Below, piece by piece: positions 1-10,156 of a DNA stretch of 64,000 nucleotides. Each line of letters opens with the position of its first letter. The first letter of the stretch is position 1. Origin of the DNA: Deferribacterales bacterium. Lineage in GTDB: Bacteria; Chrysiogenota; Deferribacteres; Deferribacterales; Geovibrionaceae. Position numbers and translations under genes: made by a program. A model generated the notes under the pieces. The model did not search any database and was not told the origin of the DNA. It saw only the letters and a list, made by a program, of their open reading frames with translations. Where the stretch lies: NCBI GenBank assembly GCA_050253075.1, contig JBFWJS010000002.1, positions 64,001 to 128,000 of the forward strand, written 5' to 3'.

Positions 1-1193
1 CTTACAACTCTGACGAGGCTACAGCCCTCGCTGAGGACGTGATGAAGTTTATCCGTGACAAAGGACGTGAGAAATCGGCAGCACTGGCTGTTGTACGCGG
101 CGACTTCCCGAGCTTTAAGGACAGCATATACCCTAAAATGGGCTTCAAAAATATGCGTAACGCCACCATCACAACAGTTGCACCGACAGGAACAATATCT
201 ATCATAGGAGCATGTTCCAGCGGTATCGAGCCGTATTTCGCCATCGCATTCTACAGACAGGTAATGGACAATAACAAACTTGTGGAAGTAAGCCCTGTTT
301 TCAAAGCTATCGCAGAGAAAGAAGGCTTCCTTTCAGAAGAGCTTCTCAGCACTGTGGCAGACACAGGAAACGTGCATAACCTTGACTCTGTGCCTGAGCA
401 GTGGCAGAAAGCGTTCGTTACATCTCACGAGATCACACCTGTATGGCACACACGCATGCAGGCAGCTTTCCAGAAATATACCGACAACGCAGTCAGCAAG
501 ACTGTTAACTTCCCTAACGAGGCTACAGTAGAGGATGTGCGCAAAACTTATCTCCTCAGCTACAACCTCGCATGTAAGGGAACTACGATCTATCGTGACG
601 GCAGCCGTGACGGTCAGGTTCTCAATGTCGGTACAAAAGAGAAAGAGGCGAAAGGAGCAGAATCAGCAGCACCTATCGAAAACACTCCGAGACCAAGACC
701 AAAGGTTCTCATCGGACGTACGGTTGAGATGATGACAGGATGCGGAAAGCTCTATGTCACTATCAACCAGGACGAAAACGGAGTACCTTTCGAAGTGTTC
801 ACCAGCATGGGTAAAGCGGGCGGATGTGCTCAGTCTCAGTGTGAGGCTATCGGACGTCTTATCTCCATCGACCTCAGAAGCGGCGGAAACCTTGAGCGTA
901 TCATAAAACAGCTCAAAGGCATCAGCTGTCACATGAGATACGGATTCGGACCAAACACCGTACTCAGCTGTTCCGATGCGGTGGGTAAAGCTCTCGAGCA
1001 GGCAACCACAAGCATGACAGAGATAAAAGTCAGCAAAACAGACGACAGTGTTACAGTGGATAAGCTCCTCTCCGACTACGACAGCGACCACACAGTTGTG
1101 AAAAACGGTGCGTGTCCTGACTGTGGCGGACAGGTAGAGCATGTTGAGGGTTGCGATATTTGCTACTCTTGTGGATACTCACACTGCTCATAA
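1..1193 (+). CDS. nrdJ: Class II (B12-dependent) ribonucleotide reductase, 5'-truncated; C-terminal TSCPD-like domain and Zn ribbon
   Basis: Frame open from window start; RNAT..TVAPTGTIS, SSGIEP, AVSKTVNFP, KGTTIYRDGSR motifs; tail TGCGKLYV...SCSDAVG and CPDC..C..C..C. Confidence 0.93.
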   Translation, partial: YNSDEATALAEDVMKFIRDKGREKSAALAVVRGDFPSFKDSIYPKMGFKNMRNATITTVAPTGTISIIGACSSGIEPYFAIAFYRQVMDNNKLVEVSPVFKAIAEKEGFLSEELLSTVADTGNVHNLDSVPEQWQKAFVTSHEITPVWHTRMQAAFQKYTDNAVSKTVNFPNEATVEDVRKTYLLSYNLACKGTTIYRDGSRDGQVLNVGTKEKEAKGAESAAPIENTPRPRPKVLIGRTVEMMTGCGKLYVTINQDENGVPFEVFTSMGKAGGCAQSQCEAIGRLISIDLRSGGNLERIIKQLKGISCHMRYGFGPNTVLSCSDAVGKALEQATTSMTEIKVSKTDDSVTVDKLLSDYDSDHTVVKNGACPDCGGQVEHVEGCDICYSCGYSHCS

Positions 1194-1203
1194 GGTGTTT
1201 ATC

Positions 1204-1392
1204 ATGCAGGAACAAAACTATTTCCTGCAGTTTAAAGATTTTATACTGCAGTTTGGTTCAAAAGGTGAAATAAGCAATAATAACCTTATAGCTCACCTTG
1301 CATCATGCATAACTATATCTGTAATTGCCATTGTACTTCTGGTAGTTATTGGAATAATAGTATATGTATATGGTATAAAGAATACCAACTAG
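1204..1392 (+). CDS. Small AT-rich putative single-TM membrane protein (62 aa)
   Basis: ATG 10 nt after nrdJ stop, preceded by AAGG; hydrophobic stretch ITISVIAIVLLVVIGIIVYVYGI. Confidence 0.45.
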   Translation: MQEQNYFLQFKDFILQFGSKGEISNNNLIAHLASCITISVIAIVLLVVIGIIVYVYGIKNTN

Positions 1393-1461
1393 CAATTTCA
1401 GTCCTAAATCAATACTACCAGTTATGGTAGTAACTTAGGAATTTCTACAGGGTATATAGTC

Positions 1462-1491
1462 AAAAGGGGTAAAAATTTTTACCCCTTTTTT
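1462..1491. terminator. Intrinsic terminator, possibly bidirectional
   Basis: Perfect palindrome AAAAGGGGTAAAAATTTTTACCCCTTTT plus T-run. Confidence 0.8.
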
Positions 1492-1503
1492 CATATAAAC
1501 CAC

Positions 1504-1530
1504 TAAACATTAACACATTATCTCCGATAT
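1504..1530 (+). promoter_or_regulatory. Putative sigma-28 (FliA) promoter
   Basis: TAAA-N15-TCCGATAT, 30 nt upstream of ATG 1561. Confidence 0.55.
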
Positions 1531-1560
1531 CCTAGTATATATAAAAGAAAGGGGTGCTGT

Positions 1561-1824
1561 ATGAAGCCATCGATGGAGTTCATGAGCAATGTATGCTCCG
1601 TTCTAGGACACATCAACGAGAACATAGAAGAGAAGAAGGTCGCACTTCTGCTCGAGAAAAAAGTCGGTAAAGAGAATGAAACATATAATCTTCTGCTTAA
1701 AGGAGAGAAAGAATCTGACGTGTTCATGCTCGCCAGCGAGCTGACAGACGAACAGCTTAAATGGTATGTATTCGGGCTCGGAGACGGTATGGGGCTGAAG
1801 CCGGAGAAGCTAGAGATCGCATAG
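1561..1824 (+). CDS. Hypothetical protein (87 aa)
   Basis: ORF with G-rich RBS and host-like codons; no family recognised. Confidence 0.7.
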   Translation: MKPSMEFMSNVCSVLGHINENIEEKKVALLLEKKVGKENETYNLLLKGEKESDVFMLASELTDEQLKWYVFGLGDGMGLKPEKLEIA

Positions 1825-2916
1825 CTCTCTGTATATCGCCTTGAAGTTTTCTATATAGCTTTCCACCGAAAAGCCGTCGCTTATCCTGACAGCCTCTTTA
1901 GACATTTCAGAGGCTAGATTCTCATCGCTTAATATTCTGCATATATTTTCTGCTATTACGTTTTCATCATTTTCGCAATAGATAGTACAGCTTTCCGCAA
2001 AGGATTTCGTAGGGATGCTGTCCGACAAAACACCGGGCAGTCCGCACGCCATAGCCTCGAGGTGGGCATTGCCGAAACCTTCGTTGCTTGAAGGCATAAC
2101 GTATATATCAGACATCTTTAAAAGCGAGAACACATCCGTGCGGTACCCTGCGAGGGTGACGTTTCCCTCCAGCCCTAGCTCTTTAACCTGCTGTTTCAGC
2201 TTATTCATCATCCCGCCGTCACCCACAGCCAGAAAATGCGCATCAGGAACCTTTTTAAGCACGTGAGGCATGGCTGATATGATCAGATCGATATTCTTTA
2301 CAGAGACCAGTCTCCCCACGGAGATTATCACTTTCTTCCCCTGTAAACCGAATGATGCTTTATCGGCGGGAGCAGCGTTCGCCACCTTTTTCAGGTCTAT
2401 GAAGTTATGCATGACAAGGCTTGGTCTGCCTGTTTTGTTATAGTTCTTATCCACCAGCTCTTTCACCACGGATGAGACAGACACGTACATGTCGGTCCAT
2501 CTGTCGAGTATGATGTTGCTGTATCTGCGGAAAAAGTCTTTGTGAAGGCTGGCATTGCGGATGTGGGTGAGCACTTTAACATCCAGTCCAATGCAGGCGA
2601 TCCTGCCGAAATAGTCGGCTTTATATTGTGTGGTGTGCACCACGTCAGGCTTCATCTCTTTTATTATCTCACGGAGCTTTCTGACGGTGCCGAAGTTGAA
2701 TTTTTTAAGAACGTCTTCATCATTCCCGCATGTGAGGATATCAAATCCCTCTCTGAGCATATCTTCGTATATGCGCCCGGTGCCGGAAATGTTTATGATG
2801 CGGAAATCTATCTCTTTATCGTTTCGGAGCTGATGAGCCACTTCGTATAATATCTTTTCTATACCGCCGAAATCTATCCCGGCCATGACATATGCGACAG
2901 TCAGCCTATCCTTCAC
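1810..2916 (-). CDS. Glycosyltransferase family 4
   Basis: GGIEK N-term, VGRLVSVKN, EGFGNAHLEAMACG (EX7E). Confidence 0.92.
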   Translation of the reverse strand: MKDRLTVAYVMAGIDFGGIEKILYEVAHQLRNDKEIDFRIINISGTGRIYEDMLREGFDILTCGNDEDVLKKFNFGTVRKLREIIKEMKPDVVHTTQYKADYFGRIACIGLDVKVLTHIRNASLHKDFFRRYSNIILDRWTDMYVSVSSVVKELVDKNYNKTGRPSLVMHNFIDLKKVANAAPADKASFGLQGKKVIISVGRLVSVKNIDLIISAMPHVLKKVPDAHFLAVGDGGMMNKLKQQVKELGLEGNVTLAGYRTDVFSLLKMSDIYVMPSSNEGFGNAHLEAMACGLPGVLSDSIPTKSFAESCTIYCENDENVIAENICRILSDENLASEMSKEAVRISDGFSVESYIENFKAIYRELCDL

Positions 2917-4018
2917 CTGCTACCTCCGAGATGACGTCCAGATATCTGCCGTACATCTCTTCCTCTGACATTACGTGTCTGGAATAGTCCTTTCTACCCA
3001 GCAGTGCGCATTTTCTGATGGCGTCTGCCACGGTCTCTTTATCCAGCGATTCGACGACATATCCGTTCTCGCCGTCTTTGACTATCTCAGAGCTCCCCGC
3101 CATAGCAGAGACGACAACAGGTGTCCCGCACATAAGGCTCTCCGGTATCACATTGCCGAAAGAGTCATAAAGCGAAGGCATGCAGATAACATCACAGGAG
3201 GCATAGAACCCCTGCATATTATCCACTCCGCCGATGAATGTTATCCTGTCTGAAAGACCGAGGTCCTTTATGTGTGACTTATATCCCTCGGAACTGCGGT
3301 CACCTGCGACCAAAAGGCTGAATTCGCCCCCCAGAAGCCCCATAGCCCCGATGAGGTGGTCGAGCCCTTTGCGCTGAAAATTATTCGCCGCAAAGCCTAT
3401 TATGCGCTTCTCATCGCTGATGCTGTATAGGGTGCGGAAAGGTCTGTCGCTGACAAAGCTGTATCTGAGCTTGTCCACGCCGTTCGGGATGACCTGTATG
3501 ATGGACTCAGCCTCGGGGAAAGCGGAAAGCACCTCCCTTTTCAGAAACTGAGAGTTGAGTATCACCCTTTTCAGATCAGGGTGTTTATATGTCTTTTCCT
3601 CCATAGCTATCAGGTGCTTATTAACAGGGTTAATGGCTCTTGCTATGGATTTTTTAAATGCTTTATTCTTCGGCAGCAGCTCCAGTGTTTTTGTAACGTA
3701 TGAGCTGTGCAGACCGGAGCCGTTGCGGTATATATGGCAGCCGGGGATGCGGTCAAATGAGAAATGGATGCCGTCCAGCCCTTTTATGAGCTTTTGCGCC
3801 CGTTTGTGAAAGCTGGTGTATTTGAGGTATCGGCTAGGTTTCAGGAGGCCTGTCTCCGTGATGATATCTTTCATCTTATCATCGTGCAGTCTGTTCTCTC
3901 CGCATATCACACGGACATCGACACCCTGCTCTAAGAGATAAGAGACAAAGTTAAAGCAGACACGCTCTCCGCCGCCTTTATCATGAAAATATTTGACGAA
4001 AATATTCACTTTTTTCAT
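2906..4018 (-). CDS. Glycosyltransferase family 4, WaaG/RfaG-like
   Basis: GGGER, NNFQRKGL, YDSFGNVIPESLMCG. Confidence 0.88.
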   Translation of the reverse strand: MKKVNIFVKYFHDKGGGERVCFNFVSYLLEQGVDVRVICGENRLHDDKMKDIITETGLLKPSRYLKYTSFHKRAQKLIKGLDGIHFSFDRIPGCHIYRNGSGLHSSYVTKTLELLPKNKAFKKSIARAINPVNKHLIAMEEKTYKHPDLKRVILNSQFLKREVLSAFPEAESIIQVIPNGVDKLRYSFVSDRPFRTLYSISDEKRIIGFAANNFQRKGLDHLIGAMGLLGGEFSLLVAGDRSSEGYKSHIKDLGLSDRITFIGGVDNMQGFYASCDVICMPSLYDSFGNVIPESLMCGTPVVVSAMAGSSEIVKDGENGYVVESLDKETVADAIRKCALLGRKDYSRHVMSEEEMYGRYLDVISEVAGEG

Positions 4019-4063
4019 GAATCGACTTTATCATTTCAGGTTAGTCATGTATATATTAATCTT

Positions 4064-5089
4064 ATGAAAAAGTGGCTGGTAATTCAATTTAAACAGATAG
4101 GCGATGTGATACTCACAACCCATCTGCCGAGAGAAATAAAGAGGCTTTATCCTGATGCGGAGGTTGATTTTCTCACTTTCGACATAAACAGGTCTCTCCT
4201 TATAAATAATCCAAATATCAAAAGAGTTTACACCGTATCGCCCAAAAACGGTATATTCTCCACTCTGAAATCTGTGCTGATCATAAGGAAAAACAGATAC
4301 GACGTGATACTCGACACGCAGAACACGCCGAGGTCTATGTATTACATCCTCTTCGGCGGAGCGAAAGTTACTGTCGGATTTGAAAAATCCAAGAGGAAAA
4401 AAGCATACGCCGAGCTCGTTAAAGCTGAAGGCAGCTATGCAGGGATAAGAAAGCTGAACATGCTGAAACCCTTCGATGCGGATTTCTCTTATGACAAATA
4501 CGACTGCCGTGCGGAAGTTTTCTTCACACCGCAGGATATTACATCAGCTTTTCTAAAGGTCACAGGCATAGGGATAGATATGGAACAGCCGTATATCACA
4601 ATGTCGCCGACGCATAAGAAAAACACCAGAAGATGGAAGATGCGCCATTTCCTCGATACGGCAAACTGGCTGGCAGAGGAAAAAGGCTTTCAGGTTCTGC
4701 TGACATACGGTCCGGGTGAAAAAGATTATATAACAGAGGGTATGAAAGAATACTCAGGCTATATAAACCAAAAGATAATCATAGCGCCTTCGCTGACCAT
4801 GCCGGAGTTCGCTGCCATCCTCTCACAGGCGAAGATGCACATAGGGAACGACTCTGCACCGCACCATCTGGCGGTTTCGCAGAAGACGCCTACTTTCGTC
4901 ATGATAGGTTCGTCGCCGAAGAGCTGGGTTCATCCTGATGAAATGCATACATACAGAAATCTCGGCATGGAGTGTCAGCCGTGCGGAAAGGACACATGCG
5001 CAATATCAGATGATATCCCGTGTCTGAACGATCTCACTTTTGAGATGATAAAGCCCGATCTGGAAGATTTTATTCAAAAGAACGTATGA
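4064..5089 (+). CDS. Glycosyltransferase family 9 (LPS heptosyltransferase-like)
   Basis: IGDVILTT and GNDSAPHHLA motifs; start moved to ATG 4064 (MKKWLVIQ). Confidence 0.9.
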   Translation: MKKWLVIQFKQIGDVILTTHLPREIKRLYPDAEVDFLTFDINRSLLINNPNIKRVYTVSPKNGIFSTLKSVLIIRKNRYDVILDTQNTPRSMYYILFGGAKVTVGFEKSKRKKAYAELVKAEGSYAGIRKLNMLKPFDADFSYDKYDCRAEVFFTPQDITSAFLKVTGIGIDMEQPYITMSPTHKKNTRRWKMRHFLDTANWLAEEKGFQVLLTYGPGEKDYITEGMKEYSGYINQKIIIAPSLTMPEFAAILSQAKMHIGNDSAPHHLAVSQKTPTFVMIGSSPKSWVHPDEMHTYRNLGMECQPCGKDTCAISDDIPCLNDLTFEMIKPDLEDFIQKNV

Positions 5090-5113
5090 ACAGCCGTCAG
5101 AATTATCTGACCC

Positions 5114-6265
5114 CTATCTCACCATTGTGATTCTGTCACCGCATTTATAAGCATATCCATTATCGATCTTATATTCACATGATGCAGAAGCCGCTCTGAA
5201 TGCTGCCATTTCAGCCTCAGGGAGCTTTTTATCGGGAGCTTTGAACCTCAGCGGATTGAGCCATGTGCCGTTCTTTCTTATGCGGTAGTCGAGGTGCGGC
5301 CCTGTGGCTCTGCCCGTAGCACCGACATAGCCTATCAGGTCGCCCTGTCTGACATATGAGCCGTTCTTAACATTTTTGCGGAATTTAGAAAGGTGCAGAT
5401 ACATTGTCTCGTATCCGTTCATATGTTTTATCTTGATGTAGTTTCCGTTGTACTGTTTATATGACCTGGCGGTGACATATCCGTCCGCAGTGGCATATAC
5501 GGGAGTGCCCGTAGGGGCGGCATAGTCCACGGCATAGTGGGGCTGACGCTCGCCTGTCACAGGGTGCAGTCTGTTGCCTGTGTAGCCAGAAGAGATACGT
5601 GAATATCTGAGAGGAGCTTTCAGGAAGCCTTTTTTAAGGGATGTTCCGTCAGGCTTGAAGTAACCTTTTGTCTTTTCTCCCTCATACCAGAGAGCTCTGA
5701 TAAAGCGGTCCTGATTTATAAAATCTGCGGCAAGTATCTTGCCGTAGCCGATGAACTTGTCTCTGGCGAACTGCTTCTCCACCAGTATTCTGAAGCTGTC
5801 GCCCTTTCTCAGTGCGTGGAAGAAGTCTATCTCCCATTCATATATAGATGCCAGCATGAAAGCCAGCTCGGCATTCTCGCCCTTGTCTGTCACGGCCTGA
5901 ATGAGGTTGCTATTTATCTCGCCCTCTACGACGGCTGTAACAGTGTGGATAGGATACTTGACCACATCCAGCTCGAAGTCCCCCTCGACCCTGTGTATGG
6001 CGATGTCTGTCAGCTGATTAGGAACCAGCGTGATAGAGTTTTCGGATTCTTTTATGAGGGTGCCTTTTTTGAGGGTAAAATTCGGAATGAGCCTCTTCAG
6101 CTCTTTATTTATATTGATGATCTCCTGCGGGGTGAATTTATCGGAAAGGAGAGAATAAAGAGTGTCCCCCCACTTCACCTTATAGGATATAACATTCGCA
6201 TATGATGTGATAGAAAACGATAAGATAGTGACAATTATAAATAATATTTTAAGCTGCGGCCTCAT
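5114..6265 (-). CDS. M23 family peptidoglycan endopeptidase (MepM-like)
   Basis: HYAVDY, YLHL, ATGPHLDY; signal peptide; start at MRPQLK. Confidence 0.9.
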   Translation of the reverse strand: MRPQLKILFIIVTILSFSITSYANVISYKVKWGDTLYSLLSDKFTPQEIININKELKRLIPNFTLKKGTLIKESENSITLVPNQLTDIAIHRVEGDFELDVVKYPIHTVTAVVEGEINSNLIQAVTDKGENAELAFMLASIYEWEIDFFHALRKGDSFRILVEKQFARDKFIGYGKILAADFINQDRFIRALWYEGEKTKGYFKPDGTSLKKGFLKAPLRYSRISSGYTGNRLHPVTGERQPHYAVDYAAPTGTPVYATADGYVTARSYKQYNGNYIKIKHMNGYETMYLHLSKFRKNVKNGSYVRQGDLIGYVGATGRATGPHLDYRIRKNGTWLNPLRFKAPDKKLPEAEMAAFRAASASCEYKIDNGYAYKCGDRITMVR

Positions 6266-6866
6266 TCCCTCTCCTCTTTCTCTGCCAGTAAATATAAACC
6301 GCAACAATAGCGGTCAACAGACACAGTGTTATTATAGTAATCGGCCGCAAATTCGATTTGATTAGTTCAATATTATTACCAACCACATAGCCGAGCACAG
6401 CCAAGACAACGACCCATATCCCCGCACCGAGCGATGTGAAGAAGCAGAATCTGGGCACGTTCATCCTCCCAAGCCCCGCAGGGAAGGAGATGTACTGCCT
6501 TATCCCAGGGATAAGACGCCCGACAAATGTCGTGATCTCGCCGTGTTTTTTAAAGTAAGTGTCTATCTTTACCAGCCTTTCCGGAGTGAAAAAGAAGTAT
6601 CTGCCGTATGTCGCGAGGAACGACCTTCCGAGGAAGACCGCGATGTAGTAATTAACCAGAGCCCCTATGAGAGAGCCCAGAAGTCCGCTTAATACCACGA
6701 GATAAATGTTCATCTCCCCCTGTGCGGCGAGGTATCCCGCAGGCGGGACGACAACTTCGCTGGGAAAAGGTATGAAAGAGCTCTCCAGAGCCATGAGGAA
6801 AACTATCCCCGTATAGCCCATATCAGAGACAGCCCCGAGAACAAAATCAACGAATGTATGAAGCAT
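6249..6866 (-). CDS. DedA family membrane protein
   Basis: ESSFIPFPSE and GRLIPGIR motifs. Confidence 0.92.
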   Translation of the reverse strand: MLHTFVDFVLGAVSDMGYTGIVFLMALESSFIPFPSEVVVPPAGYLAAQGEMNIYLVVLSGLLGSLIGALVNYYIAVFLGRSFLATYGRYFFFTPERLVKIDTYFKKHGEITTFVGRLIPGIRQYISFPAGLGRMNVPRFCFFTSLGAGIWVVVLAVLGYVVGNNIELIKSNLRPITIITLCLLTAIVAVYIYWQRKRRGNEAAA

Positions 6867-8511
6867 TGGTCAAATCCTTTATCATCTCTTCCGCCTGTCC
6901 GATGGCAGATGCAGTTATTTCACCCGTCAGCATGGATGCCAGCACTTTCAGCCTGTCTTCATCCTCGACACGGCTTATGTGCGTCTTCGCTTTGTCATCC
7001 TGCAGCGACTTTGTGATGTGGAAGTGTCTGTTACCCGCAGAAGCCACAACAGGAAGGTGCGTGATAACTATCACCTGTCTGCTGGAGGCAACTTTTTTCA
7101 GCTTGATTGCGACCTTTTTAGCCGTTCTGCCGCTGATGCCCGTGTCCACCTCATCGAAAATGAGCGTGCCCACTCTGTCGGCAATGGCAAAGACCTCTTT
7201 CAGAGCAAGCATCACACGGGATATCTCTCCGCCTGATGCCACTTTTGTCAGAGGCCCCGGCTCGAAGCCCGGGTTTGTGCTGATGAAGAACTCCGCACGG
7301 ATACCGGCGGAAGAATCGAGCTTATCAGCCTCTTCAAACACTGTAGTAAAGACACAGTTTTTGAGTTCCAGTTCATCGAGAGATTCAATAACTTTCGCCT
7401 CAATTTTCTTTGCTATCTCAGAACGCCTGAGATTAAGCACTTTTGCGTCTTCTGACAATTCTTTATATATTTCTCCAAGCTGAGATTCCAGCTTGTCCAA
7501 GTTATCCTGACCAAAATTTATATCGTTCAGCTTTTCCGCTGTTTCCTCTTCGAATTTTACTACGTCCTCAAGCTCCGGACCGTACTTCTTCATGAGGTTC
7601 TGCAGGCGGTATTTCCTGTCCATCAGGGTGTCCAGCTCCGCAGGGTCTAGGTCCTGCCTGTCGGCAACCTTCTCAATGGCGGCGAGAGCATCGTTTATGA
7701 GGTATGTCGCCTCGGCGAGCTGATTCGACGCAGACTCCAGATCTGAGCTGTATGAAGATACGCCGTGCAGGGCGGATGATGCGGAGGAGATGAGGTCATA
7801 TGCATTCACCTCTCCGTCACGGAGCATTCCGAGTGCACCTGCTGCGCTTTCCAGTATCTTTTCCATGTTTGAGAGCATGCTCACCTTTTCGTCTATGAGC
7901 TTGTCCTCTTCGATATCTATGTTCATGCTCTCTATCTCGTTCAGCTGATATTCGAGCATATCTTTCTCTTTTAATATCTGGGAACGGTTGTTCTTTATTC
8001 GGTTTATATCTTTTTCGAGAGTGTTGTAGCGTTCATATGTCTGTGCGTATTTATCTTTCAGAGCAGGCTCTACCAGAGCGTCTATGAACTCTATGTGGGT
8101 GGTGCTGTCGAGGAGCATCTGGTGCTCGTGCTGACCGTGTATATCGCAGAATCCAACGGCGATGTCTTTAAGCTGATCGACAGTCGCCATGCGTCCGTTG
8201 ATGTATATGCGGTTTTTCCCCGCCTTGTCTATCTCTCTGCGGATGATGATGTCGGACTCTATGTCGAACTGCTCTCTGATATCCTCAGACAGCTCGTCCA
8301 TCCCTGTGAACTCTGCCTCTACGACCAGCTTCTTTTCAGGGTCACGGAATAGCGTGCGGTTAAATCTGGCACCGAGCACAAGGTTCAGCGCACCGATGAA
8401 GACAGACTTACCGGCTCCGGTCTCACCTGTGATGATGTTCAGCCCGTCGGTGAATTCGACAGTGACAGACTCTATGACGGAGAGGTTCTCTACACGAAGC
8501 ATGCTCAGCAT
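6847..8511 (-). CDS. recN: DNA repair protein RecN
   Basis: TGETGAGKS, HGQHEHQ, ASGGEISR, IFDEVDTG. Confidence 0.96.
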   Translation of the reverse strand: MLSMLRVENLSVIESVTVEFTDGLNIITGETGAGKSVFIGALNLVLGARFNRTLFRDPEKKLVVEAEFTGMDELSEDIREQFDIESDIIIRREIDKAGKNRIYINGRMATVDQLKDIAVGFCDIHGQHEHQMLLDSTTHIEFIDALVEPALKDKYAQTYERYNTLEKDINRIKNNRSQILKEKDMLEYQLNEIESMNIDIEEDKLIDEKVSMLSNMEKILESAAGALGMLRDGEVNAYDLISSASSALHGVSSYSSDLESASNQLAEATYLINDALAAIEKVADRQDLDPAELDTLMDRKYRLQNLMKKYGPELEDVVKFEEETAEKLNDINFGQDNLDKLESQLGEIYKELSEDAKVLNLRRSEIAKKIEAKVIESLDELELKNCVFTTVFEEADKLDSSAGIRAEFFISTNPGFEPGPLTKVASGGEISRVMLALKEVFAIADRVGTLIFDEVDTGISGRTAKKVAIKLKKVASSRQVIVITHLPVVASAGNRHFHITKSLQDDKAKTHISRVEDEDRLKVLASMLTGEITASAIGQAEEMIKDLTNASYIR

Positions 8512-9365
8512 TGGCTGATACCCCAGCCGAGCTTCTCTCTTAAAAGTGAGTAATAGTTCTTATCCTTCGGCACTATAAGGTTTGTGACGGTGCTCGCCTT
8601 CTTAACCGTGATGGTCATGGACTTATCCAGTTTGCGGAATATCTGTCCGTCGTATGTGATGGACACACTCCCTTTGTCGGCGTTCACCTTTATGCAGACC
8701 TCGCTTTCGTCGGATATGACGATAGGTCTGTTTGAGAGCCCCTGAGGGCATATAGGCGTGATGATCATTGTCTCGAGGCTCGGGTGTACGATAGGCCCCC
8801 CTGCTGCGAGGGAATATGCCGTAGAGCCTGTGGGTGTGGCTATGATGAGCCCGTCCGCACGGTATTCGTTCACCAGCATTCCGTCGATGAATACTGTGGT
8901 TTCGAATATTCGTGCTGCATCTGATTTATTGATAACGATGTCGTTGAGGACATCTATTTCCAGCATTTTTTCGTTTATCTGGAGCAGGTGTGAGTGGAGC
9001 TTCATCCTGCGCTCCATCATATAGTTACCGTCGAGCACGTCTTTCAGTGCGCTGACAGCGTGGTCTGCCGATGTCTCCGTGAGGAAACCGAGCCTGCCGA
9101 GGTTTATCCCGAGTATAGGTGTTTCTTTGTCTCCGAGGATGCGAACGGCGGAAATGAGCGTTCCGTCACCGCCGAGAACGACAGCAAGGTCTGCCTTCTC
9201 CTGAATCTCTTCGTCGCTGTTGAAACTGGGCTCTGCTATGACCTCTGCGGTGCGCTTATCTTTCAGCACAGTGCACCCTCTGCTGGAGAGAAAGCCCATT
9301 ATCTCGTAAATAATCGGCCTTACTCTGTCACCGTGAGGTTTGGCGATAATAGCTATATTCTTCAT
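8505..9365 (-). CDS. nadK: NAD+ kinase
   Basis: GGDGT, NLGRLGFLT, TPTGSTAYSLAAGGP. Confidence 0.96.
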   Translation of the reverse strand: MKNIAIIAKPHGDRVRPIIYEIMGFLSSRGCTVLKDKRTAEVIAEPSFNSDEEIQEKADLAVVLGGDGTLISAVRILGDKETPILGINLGRLGFLTETSADHAVSALKDVLDGNYMMERRMKLHSHLLQINEKMLEIDVLNDIVINKSDAARIFETTVFIDGMLVNEYRADGLIIATPTGSTAYSLAAGGPIVHPSLETMIITPICPQGLSNRPIVISDESEVCIKVNADKGSVSITYDGQIFRKLDKSMTITVKKASTVTNLIVPKDKNYYSLLREKLGWGISQC

Positions 9366-10155
9366 AAACCACCTGTCTGACAGTATCTTTCAGCTCTGCC
9401 TGATCTTCGTGGGCATTGTAAACAAAATAGGCAAGATATTCAACATTTCCTTTTGCGCCCTTTATGGGTGATGCAGAAAGTCCGTGAAGATAAAATCCGT
9501 GCGCTGCCCCGCATTCGGCTATTTCCATTATAACACGTTCGTGGACGGTTCGGTCGTTTACTATCCCGCCCTTGTCCACCTCGCCAGGCTTTGCCTCAAA
9601 CTGAGGCTTAATGAGAAAGGCGCACTCGCTCCCCTCACGGGCAAACTGTATGCACGAAGGTATTATCATGGAAAGCGATATGAACGACACATCGGCGACG
9701 AATATATCCGCCTTTTTGCCTATGGTCTCGAATTTTATAGTACGGAAGTTTGTAGCATCCAGCACGGTCACACGGCTGTCGTTAGCCACCTTAGGGTCCA
9801 GCTGTCCCTTCCCCGTATCCACGGCGAAGACCTCGCCCGCACCGTTCTGAAGGGAGACATCAGAGAAGCCCCCTGTGGATGCACCGATATCTATCACTAC
9901 TTTATCTTTGAAATCCAGATGGAAAACATGGAGAGCTTTCTCGAGCTTAAGCCCGCCTCTGCTGACGTATGGGATATGATGGCTTTTCAGGCGGACGATG
10001 GCTGTCTCGGGAAACATTGTCCCTGCCTTGTCCACACGGTGATCGTCCACAACGACTATCCCCGCCATAAGGAACTTTGCCGCCTCACGGGTGTCTTCGG
10101 CGAGACCCCGCTCCACAAGGAGATGGTCTATCCGTTCCTTGCGCACCTTAGCCAT
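9328..10155 (-). CDS. tlyA: TlyA family rRNA 2'-O-methyltransferase
   Basis: S4 domain, YVSRGGLKL, DVSFIS, KPQFE. Confidence 0.95.
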   Translation of the reverse strand: MAKVRKERIDHLLVERGLAEDTREAAKFLMAGIVVVDDHRVDKAGTMFPETAIVRLKSHHIPYVSRGGLKLEKALHVFHLDFKDKVVIDIGASTGGFSDVSLQNGAGEVFAVDTGKGQLDPKVANDSRVTVLDATNFRTIKFETIGKKADIFVADVSFISLSMIIPSCIQFAREGSECAFLIKPQFEAKPGEVDKGGIVNDRTVHERVIMEIAECGAAHGFYLHGLSASPIKGAKGNVEYLAYFVYNAHEDQAELKDTVRQVVYEEYSYYRQTSR

Positions 10156-10156
10156 A

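Noticed and set aside
1381..1440. Integron attC site after the small ORF
   Set aside because: No proper RYYYAAC/GTTRRRY ends and no integrase or further cassettes.
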